A DNA stretch of 32,000 nt from an uncultured archaeon (GTDB lineage: Archaea > Asgardarchaeota > Lokiarchaeia > Sigyniarchaeales > Promethearchaeaceae): contig CAYRPF010000024.1 in the NCBI GenBank assembly GCA_964426185.1, positions 1-32,000 on the forward strand. Direction: 5' to 3'. The notes beneath the pieces are model-generated. The model saw only the letters and a list, made by a program, of their open reading frames with translations. It was not told where the DNA came from and did not search any database. Shown piece by piece: positions 1 to 8,872 of this stretch (the stretch's first letter is position 1; each line of letters begins with the position of its first letter). Both the position numbers and the translations under genes were made by a program.

Positions 1-10
1 AAACCCCCCG

Positions 11-1462
11 CTATTTTTTCTTTTCTTTCCCGATTTTGTCAAAATCTAATTCTTCCAAAGCTTGAAGCATGGCATCTTCTTCAATTTCCAAATCCACATC
101 ATCATATTCTGAAGCCATAGCTTCAAAATCTGGAGTTAAATCTCCGTCAACTCCAGTAGGGGCATTTACCGAAGTTGATTCTTCCGAAGGTGCAATAGGT
201 TCATTTGAAAATTGTTGAGGTGCTGTTGTTTCACTAGAAGGAGTAGAAGGAGTTGTTGCAGCTTGGCTTTGTTGCCCTGTTAGTGTTCCAATTTCAAAAG
301 AAACATAATCATCTAAAGGTACTGGTGGAACTTCATCTTCATAAATGGGAATTCCATAAGGAAGGTTAGTTTTCTGTTTACGAGATTTTGCTATGGTTAC
401 TTTGGTAGTTGATATTTCTGCAATTTCACTTAAATCTGCCAAGATTTCATCAGGGATTCCTCCAGAAAATACGGAAGTTGGTGGTGTTTTAGAAGATTGT
501 GTCTGAACAGTATCTGGCTCATTCGAAACGGTAGGGATTGGAGTATCGACTGTTTTTGCATCAGAGGCAAAACTATCTAAAGTAGAAAGTAAATCATCCA
601 TAGATTCTTCCAATTCGCTTGTAGAATTGCTTGAATCGATCTTTGGGGAGGGGGAAGGTGTTGAAGGTGGTTTTGATGCGAAACTATCAAGAGCTGCAAA
701 AATATCATCCATATTTTGACTAGGAGTTGCTATGTCTTTTGGAGTTGAATGTATTGGAGATGGAGAAGTAGAACTTACGGGAGCCACTTGTTGCACTTCG
801 TTGATTTGATTAGTCGAAATTGGTTGTGGTGATAAGTTCTCTCTCCCTATCATCAAATCGTTATCAATTTTTATTATATTATTCGGAGAAGGTGTCTTTT
901 CTTCTTCACCACCCCATTCCTTTAAGAATTCTAAAACACCTTCCATGGCTTCCTTATCAGTATCGTTACTTTTATCCATTTGAAATGATTCTGTTAAAGA
1001 GGTACGAGCTTCTTGCTTTAATCGGAAATCTCTATCTCGGCTGGCTTCAATTTCACGTTTCAATTCTTCAGTCATCTGTTTTCCTGCTAAAATATATGCA
1101 AAACGGTGAGCCATATTACGTAAATATTCCATGTAATATCCAACACGTAAAGGATTGGAAATTCCACCAAAAATCATATATTCTTCATTGATAAATTGGA
1201 GAATTACAAATCCATCGTCTGCTTTAACAAGAATTTCCCGTAATTTCCCGTGATTTACAGCAAGACTGAGTCTTTCTGCAAGATCAATAAGTGCCGAGCT
1301 GCTGGCAGTTTCAGCATCAGCATCCATTTCGCTACTGTGTGATGTGGCAACTGCCATTCCAATATGACTTATCACCGCAATTCGTTCAAGATCGGTGCCT
1401 TTTTCAATTTGCTGAATTTCATACATTAATTCTTCGGAAATCTCGGGGGAAACCATTGCCAT
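11..1462 (-). CDS. Roadblock/LC7 (MglB-like) domain protein with long acidic Ser/Thr/Pro-rich disordered C-terminal region
   Basis: N-terminal ~125 aa show the roadblock pattern (RIAVISHIGMAVA...ASSSALIDLAERLS...LREILVKADDGFVILQFINEEYMIFG). A charged helix and ~300 aa of low-complexity sequence follow. Start placed at ATG 1462 (MAMVSP) rather than TTG 1486. Confidence 0.8.
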   Translation of the reverse strand: MAMVSPEISEELMYEIQQIEKGTDLERIAVISHIGMAVATSHSSEMDADAETASSSALIDLAERLSLAVNHGKLREILVKADDGFVILQFINEEYMIFGGISNPLRVGYYMEYLRNMAHRFAYILAGKQMTEELKREIEASRDRDFRLKQEARTSLTESFQMDKSNDTDKEAMEGVLEFLKEWGGEEEKTPSPNNIIKIDNDLMIGRENLSPQPISTNQINEVQQVAPVSSTSPSPIHSTPKDIATPSQNMDDIFAALDSFASKPPSTPSPSPKIDSSNSTSELEESMDDLLSTLDSFASDAKTVDTPIPTVSNEPDTVQTQSSKTPPTSVFSGGIPDEILADLSEIAEISTTKVTIAKSRKQKTNLPYGIPIYEDEVPPVPLDDYVSFEIGTLTGQQSQAATTPSTPSSETTAPQQFSNEPIAPSEESTSVNAPTGVDGDLTPDFEAMASEYDDVDLEIEEDAMLQALEELDFDKIGKEKKK

Positions 1463-1544
1463 GATATTCAATTCCACACAATTCAATGTGATCGTTAGCG
1501 CGATATATATATGAGTAAGAGAGCTTCTCCCTTAAAAATACTTT

Positions 1545-1582
1545 AGGTAAAAAAGTAAATATAATTTTACTTTCACTTACCT
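1545..1582. promoter_or_regulatory. Imperfect inverted repeat in the divergent promoter region between the roadblock gene and the cdc6-like gene
   Basis: AGGTAA(1545-1550)/TTACCT(1577-1582) and AAAGTAAA(1552-1559)/TTTACTTT(1566-1573) form nested arms. Confidence 0.4.
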
Positions 1583-1625
1583 CTCTTTCTCGGGCTTTAA
1601 ATAGATAAATCCAGTGGTAAGGATA

Positions 1626-2900
1626 ATGCCACTTCAAAATCTAATAATCCCAGCAAATGCAAGTTCTTTTGCCGATTTTTTAAACAATATTGCTGATAGT
1701 CCTAAACCGGGATACGTTGGACCGCGCGCTATCTTCAATCCTCATTATATTCCTCCTAAAATTTTAGTTCAACGTAAAAAAGCAGAGCTTGTATATGGTA
1801 TTTTAAAAGATGCCTTGGAAGATGAATATTCTTCAAATCTCACTGTTTATGGTTTACAAGGTGCAGGAAAGAATCTGCTCATTAACCTAATATTTCAATG
1901 GTTGAGCGCACATGATGTTATCGTAGATATTGGAAAAAATTCTCCTATAATTATTTTAAATGACTGTAAGGATCAAGCCTTAGGTCAGTTTCTTTTCAAT
2001 ATACTGCAAAATCTAAATGACAAATTAGCGCATCAATTAGATTTGCAAGAAAGCCTACAGTGGGACGCAATAACTATGTGGAATACATTTAAATATTTAG
2101 TCAAAAAAAGCCCGCGCTCAATTATTTTATATCTCAGCCAGATTGAATCTATGGAAGAAGGTGTCATTGCGAAAGTTTTAAATTTTGCAAAATCGCTCGA
2201 CAAGTTGCATGTGGTAACCACCATAAACACTGGGAATCATTTTTACGCCTTTAATCAGTATTCTGGATTAGATCATCGAATTCTTATGAATTCTTTAAGA
2301 TCTTCTGATTTATATGAAATAACCCGACAACGGGCAGATATGGCATTTCATCCATGGTTAGAAAAGGATGCAATAAAATTGATCGTAGATTATATCATCG
2401 AATACGGCACGAAAGTTCCTGGCAGTTGCATTAGTATGTTGAAACATTTATATCCTATCGTGGAAGAACAAGGGAATCTAACGGCGGAGGACATTCGAAA
2501 AGTAAGTCAATATTATTTTGAAGGAGTGTCAATCGATTCTCTGACCATCACGGATTATATAATGCAGACTCGTTGGGAAGAACGGCTATTTTTGGATTAT
2601 TTAGTTAATTATTTCCAGAATTCTTCTCGTTTTTACATTCCAGGCAAAGAAATCCAACGTGCCTATCAAATGACTGCAGAAGAGATGGGTTTTACCCAAA
2701 AATCTCATGATATGCTTCAAATGTTGACCAACATAACTCGATCGGAGATACTTCTACCAAGTCATTTTTCCCAAAAATCGGGGGCTGATAAAATTTGGGT
2801 GGAAGATCAAGCCACACTTTCACTTCATTACCTTTCTATGCCAGTTGAGGAAGTTAATCAAGTTTTAGAATTTGGTTTTGGGATTATTCCTGAAAAATAG
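1626..2900 (+). CDS. Divergent Cdc6/Orc1-family AAA+ protein, probably ATPase-inactive
   Basis: FNPHYIPPKI...R N-terminal Cdc6 signature, P-loop VYGLQGAGKN, LYEITRQRADMAF lid helix and C-terminal winged-helix-like region (EIQRAYQMTAEEMG). Walker B is degenerate (ILYLSQIE). ATG at 1626; GTG 1614 is an alternative start. Confidence 0.8.
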   Translation: MPLQNLIIPANASSFADFLNNIADSPKPGYVGPRAIFNPHYIPPKILVQRKKAELVYGILKDALEDEYSSNLTVYGLQGAGKNLLINLIFQWLSAHDVIVDIGKNSPIIILNDCKDQALGQFLFNILQNLNDKLAHQLDLQESLQWDAITMWNTFKYLVKKSPRSIILYLSQIESMEEGVIAKVLNFAKSLDKLHVVTTINTGNHFYAFNQYSGLDHRILMNSLRSSDLYEITRQRADMAFHPWLEKDAIKLIVDYIIEYGTKVPGSCISMLKHLYPIVEEQGNLTAEDIRKVSQYYFEGVSIDSLTITDYIMQTRWEERLFLDYLVNYFQNSSRFYIPGKEIQRAYQMTAEEMGFTQKSHDMLQMLTNITRSEILLPSHFSQKSGADKIWVEDQATLSLHYLSMPVEEVNQVLEFGFGIIPEK

Positions 2901-2917
2901 CAATTATGGGTGTGAGC

Positions 2918-3742
2918 TTAGTTTGAAATCCAAGATGTAATTTTTTTTTGATTACGGATTGGGGAAAATTTGTTTTTCAATTGAATACCTGATTTATATT
3001 TTATTATTTCTAAAACTCGTTCCACCGTTTCATAAGGAGTTAAATGCTCTGTATCAAGCTTAACAATCTTCTTTTTTGCTTTTAAATCAAATTCTTCGAA
3101 TATTTCAGCATATTTATTGAGTACCCTTAAAAGATACTTAAAATCATCTTCATTCCATTTTTGTCGCTGTATATCTAAGGAACCTCGGTGATAAATACGA
3201 TTCATAATGCTTTTTGGTTCAGCATAGAGATAAATAACGTATTCTTTCTGCCATGGAACAGAAATAAAAGTATCATAAATTAAATCATAATCAATTTTGG
3301 GTAAGCCGAGAGCCTTTGCATATATTAGTGTGGAAAGAGGACTTCGATCAAGGATGGCAACATGATTATGTTGGTTACGTATAAATTGACCAATTAAACC
3401 ATTCCTTTCAATCATTTGCTGTTGATAATGAAGTTCAGATCGAAAGGCAATTTGTTTGTTTTTAGAACCAAATGGAACAGGCGGAATGGAGCGTAATCGT
3501 TCTGGAAAAAACTTGATATCAAGGTTATCGCTCAATTTTTTTTTTAGTATTTCATATACAGTAGTTTTTCCAACTCCGTGAACTCCAGCCAGCGAAAATA
3601 CCCAACCATCTTGTTTGGTTTTTGTTTTTTTTCTTGCTTTTGTAACCTTGCTTTTTGAATTTACAATAGAAGAAAGTGATTTGAATTCCTTCTTCTTTTT
3701 ATGATTATTATCTAAAAGTGGTGTGATTCTTTCATCCCTCAT
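2918..3742 (-). CDS. Deoxynucleoside kinase / thymidylate kinase family P-loop kinase
   Basis: P-loop LAGVHGVGKTT, FFPE, ILDRS motif, VIYLYAEPKSIMNRIYHRG lid; Lys-rich N-terminal extension. Confidence 0.8.
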   Translation of the reverse strand: MRDERITPLLDNNHKKKKEFKSLSSIVNSKSKVTKARKKTKTKQDGWVFSLAGVHGVGKTTVYEILKKKLSDNLDIKFFPERLRSIPPVPFGSKNKQIAFRSELHYQQQMIERNGLIGQFIRNQHNHVAILDRSPLSTLIYAKALGLPKIDYDLIYDTFISVPWQKEYVIYLYAEPKSIMNRIYHRGSLDIQRQKWNEDDFKYLLRVLNKYAEIFEEFDLKAKKKIVKLDTEHLTPYETVERVLEIIKYKSGIQLKNKFSPIRNQKKITSWISN

Positions 3743-3992
3743 TAAGTTAAATTTTTTCGATGCTTGGTGCGCCTTAAATTCTGAATATCCATTAAATATT
3801 TTTTTTTGCTCTCTATTAACTTAATTATTACGCGTTAAATATTTTTCAACTCTTTCTTCCTTAAAAAATTTCAACCAGAAGCTGATTAGTGAATTATTAG
3901 ATATTTGCCATTTCGGATGATCTGTTGAGAATATGCTTAAAAAAAGTATTAAGTAATGCAATTTTTTAACAATATATAGGCGAGTGATTAAG

Positions 3993-5378
3993 ATGATTCT
4001 TACAAAAGATGAAATCATGAAGCACATGGAAGATATTATTCACTCCATTCCTCCGCACTACTATGCCGACATTCTTTATGATTCCATGGCGATTCTTACC
4101 ATCAAACGCTCAAAAAGTGGGCATACTTCAAATGTAAAGCCAAAGAACCGTGGTTTCGTCTTTCGAATTTTTAATGGAAAAAAATATTATGAAATTTCTC
4201 ATCCTGATTTACTTCGATTGAAAATTCAAGTACAACAGTTAATTCAAAGATTAACTAATTTTTCTGATATAGAGCTATCATCATATCCACAACATAATTT
4301 AGATCAAGAAGTAGGGATGCAGAAAGATTTTACTGAAATACCAATCCAAGAAAAAATCAATCAAATTGACCATTATTATCAAGAAATAACCTCCCAAGAT
4401 TCTCACATTAAAAATCTTTCTATATATTTTCAAGATTCAATTCAAGAACGGATATTTTATAACACAGAGGGTAGCTGTTTAAGACAAGTTCTCCCGCGGG
4501 TGGCAATGCAATTTATCCCAATAGTTCATGCAGAAGGAAAAGTTGATTCCAATAAAATGACGGTTAGCGGTCAAGGTGGTTGGGAAATATTAGATGTTCT
4601 AACTCCAGAATTGTTACATAAATTTGTGGAAGAATCTGTTGATATTGCTCGAGCTCAGCTACCCCCTAGTGGTATTTATCCAGTAATCTGTGATCCATCA
4701 TTTTCAGGAATGCTGGCGCATACAATCTTTGGCCATGGAGTTCAAGCAGATACAATTGTAACTGAACGGAGTTATTGGAAGCGATATTTCAATCAGCAAG
4801 TTGCTTCAGAATTGGTGAATATCAGTGATTCTGCACAAACGGGTGCTTATGGAAACTATATTTTTGACGATGAAGGTGTAATTAGTCAGAAAAGTCCGTT
4901 GGTTGAAAATGGGATCTTAACCCATTATTTGCATTCTCGAATTACGGCCACCATCTTAAATATGCCTAACGCGCTTTATGGTAATGGTCGTCGTCAAAAT
5001 TTCATTCACCCTATTTACCCACGTAATTCAAATACGTATTTTGAACCAGGAGACTTTGAACTGGAAGAAATGCTCCAAGGAATATCATATGGTCTATTAA
5101 TAGAAAATGGAGATTATGGAATGGAAGAATTTGATGGTTCTGTCCAATGCAATTCTACTTCCGGTTTTCTTATAGAAAATGGTGAAATAACAAAACGGGT
5201 GAAAGGAATTGCATTAACCGGTCAAGCTCGTGAATTTTTACTTTCAATAGATGCCATTTCTAAAGGTCCAGTTGAATTTACGGGTTTAAACAGTCGAAAA
5301 GGTTTGGATGAATGGGTTCCTGTTACGTATGGAGGAGTATACATTCGAGCGCAACATGGATTTGTCAGCCCTGGATAA
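3993..5378 (+). CDS. tldD: TldD-family protein (TldD/PmbA metalloprotease subunit) with a degenerate active site
   Basis: GMLAHTIFGHG, FDDEG, LVENGIL, GNGRRQ, PRNSNTYFEPGD and GFLIENGEIT motifs; directly upstream of a pmbA-like gene. Start may be GTG 3984. Confidence 0.9.
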   Translation: MILTKDEIMKHMEDIIHSIPPHYYADILYDSMAILTIKRSKSGHTSNVKPKNRGFVFRIFNGKKYYEISHPDLLRLKIQVQQLIQRLTNFSDIELSSYPQHNLDQEVGMQKDFTEIPIQEKINQIDHYYQEITSQDSHIKNLSIYFQDSIQERIFYNTEGSCLRQVLPRVAMQFIPIVHAEGKVDSNKMTVSGQGGWEILDVLTPELLHKFVEESVDIARAQLPPSGIYPVICDPSFSGMLAHTIFGHGVQADTIVTERSYWKRYFNQQVASELVNISDSAQTGAYGNYIFDDEGVISQKSPLVENGILTHYLHSRITATILNMPNALYGNGRRQNFIHPIYPRNSNTYFEPGDFELEEMLQGISYGLLIENGDYGMEEFDGSVQCNSTSGFLIENGEITKRVKGIALTGQAREFLLSIDAISKGPVEFTGLNSRKGLDEWVPVTYGGVYIRAQHGFVSPG

Positions 5379-5403
5379 AGGAAAATAATGAGGGAAAAGT
5401 ATA

Positions 5404-6807
5404 ATGAATTATGATACTGCCAACCATCCGCTGTATTTCATTGAAAATCTCGCCGATATTGTTGAGCGCGAAATAAAAAAAGCTAAAATCGAGAAATGGG
5501 ATATATATTTGTACCACGAACGGGTGAATGGGATCCATTTTCGAAAAACAGAAATTGAAGAACAAACAAATTATTGTAATCTATCTTATTTTATCCGAGT
5601 TTTTCAAGATAGTGATGCTCATTCCATGGGTGTAGGGATAATAAACCTAAATTCTACCAATCCTTTCCACATTCAAAAAGCAATCCAGCAAGCTAAAGCA
5701 TTATCAAAATTTAATCAAGAACCCAAATATGATTTAGTTTTTCCGGGAAAAACATATGCTAATCCAATTACTTATGATAAAGATATATGGGAAGATCCTG
5801 TCTTCTTTTTAGAAACCAAGGGGAAAGAAATTCAACAGAATTTGCGCGAAATAATCCCTGCTAAAACCACTTCTGGACATTTTCGTTATTTTCGTAAGCA
5901 AAAAATGCTGATTAATAGCAATGGATTTAAAAAGTTGAAGAAATCCAGTAATTTTTCATATGAATTTTCCTTTAAAGCAGAGAGAGGGGATAAAATTGCA
6001 GAATATTGGCCACAAGGCTATGTAAAACTAGCCCGCGACTTAAAATTTGACCAATTTGTCCCAGAATGGGCATCCCGTGCTAGAGATGCTTTAAATTCGC
6101 AACCACCTCAAAAAAATGAAATGATAGATGTCATATTTGCTCCAGAATTGGTTCGAAAAGGATTGTTGATGACTGTAGGTTTTTCTGCCACTGCACGCGC
6201 CTTTTATGAAAAATCCACCCCATTTCATATTGGAGATCAAGTTGCAGTGGATTCCTTTACTTTGGTGGATGACGGTTTAATTGAAGCTGGGCTTAATACA
6301 TCTGCATGGGATTCAGAGGGAAATCCAAAACAACGTACTGAAATCATCCATAAAGGAGTTATGAAGCATTATTTATATGATCAAAAATACGCCACACTTC
6401 TGAATAGTGAGTCGACTGGAAATGCTCAATTGAAACACAAACGAGGTGGAAATATAAGTATTGAGATGAATAACTTGGTGGTTGCCCCGGGTAATCATCC
6501 TTTACGTGAGATCGTTTCGGATTGTCGGAGAGCAATTTTAGTTATTAATTTTCCATGGTTACATCCCAATCCCATCAGCGGAGATTTTGGAGCCCCTATC
6601 GATAATGCTTATATGATTGAAAATGGGCAATTAACTACACCAATTCGAGGAGGCACTGTTTCCGGAAATATTTATGATATGCTTATGAATATTGATGAAA
6701 TTTCCAAAGAAACGCGATTGGTCATGAATGCTCAAGTTCCCTATATTAAATTTAAAGGAATCCGGTTATCTTCGGAATATAATGGCAGTAGAAGCAAATT
6801 AATTTAA
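5404..6807 (+). CDS. pmbA: PmbA/TldE-family protein
   Basis: FTLVDDG, WDSEG, STGNA, NPISGDF and AYMIENGQLTTPIRGGTVSGNIYDML motifs; no HExxxH, as expected for PmbA. Confidence 0.9.
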   Translation: MNYDTANHPLYFIENLADIVEREIKKAKIEKWDIYLYHERVNGIHFRKTEIEEQTNYCNLSYFIRVFQDSDAHSMGVGIINLNSTNPFHIQKAIQQAKALSKFNQEPKYDLVFPGKTYANPITYDKDIWEDPVFFLETKGKEIQQNLREIIPAKTTSGHFRYFRKQKMLINSNGFKKLKKSSNFSYEFSFKAERGDKIAEYWPQGYVKLARDLKFDQFVPEWASRARDALNSQPPQKNEMIDVIFAPELVRKGLLMTVGFSATARAFYEKSTPFHIGDQVAVDSFTLVDDGLIEAGLNTSAWDSEGNPKQRTEIIHKGVMKHYLYDQKYATLLNSESTGNAQLKHKRGGNISIEMNNLVVAPGNHPLREIVSDCRRAILVINFPWLHPNPISGDFGAPIDNAYMIENGQLTTPIRGGTVSGNIYDMLMNIDEISKETRLVMNAQVPYIKFKGIRLSSEYNGSRSKLI

Positions 6808-6854
6808 TACCAACATTCCTTTACTAATTCGATAATCGATGGAGGAAATATTAT

Positions 6855-8816
6855 ATGCGTAGTAACCGAAAATTACTCTTATTTACATTGATTTTTGTAA
6901 ATATCATTATGATGCTTGGTAGGGTCATACCTCAATCTGTAAGAGCGGTTTCGCTTTCCAAAGAGCCTTTACTCCTTGTTAATCCTGTTATCGATACTAC
7001 TTCTTCAATTATAACTCATGGAGATGAATTTGATACAAAATTTCTTCCAAACGGGACCATCTATCTACTCACGACGACTTCTGATTACTTTGGCTCATAC
7101 CTCACATTATTTAGATATTCTCCCGAATGGGTTCTACAAACTTCTATATCTGTGTTAAATCGCTCGGAATCTCTACATAATCCGCAAATTTGTATTGGAC
7201 AAGATGGAAGTTTTCATGTGGTCATTGGAATAGAAAATATGGGTCATTTATATTTATTTTCTAATAATTCAGGTAGTTCTTGGTTTCAAACTTTAATTTG
7301 TGCGGATTCATCGATCCAGACCAAAATTCAAGTTCAGCTGGATGAATTAAACCAACCTCATTTTGCTTGGCTTAATAACTCAAATTCTCTTGTTTCGACA
7401 TTAGAATATCTGTATCCTACTTACAATTTTATCCTTACAACTCAAACAAATACAACTTTTTATAATTCTACGGTAAACTCTACCACGATTTCTGAATCTT
7501 CTGAAATTGAGCATTCTTTCCGCCAAAAACAGATGGTATTTGAGCAAGATGTATTTCCCAAAGATTTCACGTTTGTAGTGGAAAATTTAACCCACACTCA
7601 ATTCATGGTGCTTTCTTCCAACTTTTTATCGGGATCATATTCTCACAATTCATCAATCCAGAATGGCACGCATTTCTCTCAAATTGATCAGTTGAATTTT
7701 CAAATTCCTTATTCTTATTCAAATATAACCCAATCTAGCTTGGAAACTTATAATTTTACAGTTGACGAAAATTCTACCATTTTTGTTGAAGAATGGAGCA
7801 ATACAACTACATTTTATTCCAATCTCACTGAAGGTAATTTCAATCCCAAGCATACCATCGGGTTTTCTTCATATAATGAAACTTTTGCTTATCCTCGAAT
7901 GAAAATCGATTCAGCTGACCAAATGCATCTATTTTGGTTGGAACATCGGAATGAAACCAGTTGGATACATTATGTAAAATTCGATGCCAAACAGAATCTT
8001 ATTCTAAATAACTCTTTTACAGCATTTACAGGAAGTTCTTTACAGCTGTTGAACAATACCTTCCAAATTTTTTCTGCTTCTAACTTCCTTCCCTACTCCA
8101 TGGAAATATTTGAAGGAATTATATTTGGAAAAACAACGACTAATTCAATCTGCTTAAATGTATTCCATCTTACTTCATCTGGCTTGGATATTGAACCCGT
8201 AATGGTTTTTTCTCCATCTACAATCTTTTCTAACCCTTCACAGTTTTTTTTCCACCCTTTGTATCGGACTTTAGTCGCTTCTATTTGGAACCCGCTGCAA
8301 TTGAACTTCGATCTTATCCGATTTATCGGCCAAAATCCACATTTCGCTCCCGCTTATACGCTTTCGGCCAGCCTCCAATATACTTCTAAAACTATTCCTT
8401 CCAACTTAAATTCTACCGTTGATGAGAACTATTCCACCATAGTAGTTTCTGATCAACGCGATTTAGATTTACGAGTTGGTATCTCAAATTTCTATGATGA
8501 AAATTGCAGCTGCAACTTAACCCTTCATTTCAACTCCCCTACTGCATTCCTCAAACAGAATTCAGCCGAAAGCCACCAAATCCTCTTCCTTCAAAATGGA
8601 ACTGTACAGTATTATGAATGGGCTTTCTCTTTTCTGGAAGATAATTCATATCACCGTCTGGTGGCCGTGGATCTATATTCTGGAGAAAAATTTGTAGATC
8701 GCTTTGGATTTTATGTTATAGTTATTCCGGGAATCAACGCTCTTGAACTAGGTTTCTTCATCGTAGGGTTAATGGCTTTCAGCTCGGTGTTTTTTTGGTA
8801 TAAACGTGTTCGTTAG
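6855..8816 (+). CDS. Secreted, C-terminally anchored surface glycoprotein (beta-rich)
   Basis: N-terminal signal peptide, numerous N-x-S/T sequons, Asp-box-like SNNSGSSW, and a C-terminal IPG motif followed by a TM helix and basic tail (KRVR). GGAGG SD upstream. Confidence 0.75.
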   Translation: MRSNRKLLLFTLIFVNIIMMLGRVIPQSVRAVSLSKEPLLLVNPVIDTTSSIITHGDEFDTKFLPNGTIYLLTTTSDYFGSYLTLFRYSPEWVLQTSISVLNRSESLHNPQICIGQDGSFHVVIGIENMGHLYLFSNNSGSSWFQTLICADSSIQTKIQVQLDELNQPHFAWLNNSNSLVSTLEYLYPTYNFILTTQTNTTFYNSTVNSTTISESSEIEHSFRQKQMVFEQDVFPKDFTFVVENLTHTQFMVLSSNFLSGSYSHNSSIQNGTHFSQIDQLNFQIPYSYSNITQSSLETYNFTVDENSTIFVEEWSNTTTFYSNLTEGNFNPKHTIGFSSYNETFAYPRMKIDSADQMHLFWLEHRNETSWIHYVKFDAKQNLILNNSFTAFTGSSLQLLNNTFQIFSASNFLPYSMEIFEGIIFGKTTTNSICLNVFHLTSSGLDIEPVMVFSPSTIFSNPSQFFFHPLYRTLVASIWNPLQLNFDLIRFIGQNPHFAPAYTLSASLQYTSKTIPSNLNSTVDENYSTIVVSDQRDLDLRVGISNFYDENCSCNLTLHFNSPTAFLKQNSAESHQILFLQNGTVQYYEWAFSFLEDNSYHRLVAVDLYSGEKFVDRFGFYVIVIPGINALELGFFIVGLMAFSSVFFWYKRVR

Positions 8817-8872
8817 AAATACCACACTTTTTTAAGATCCAGCAGATAAGTTACCTATATATAAAGTTAAAA

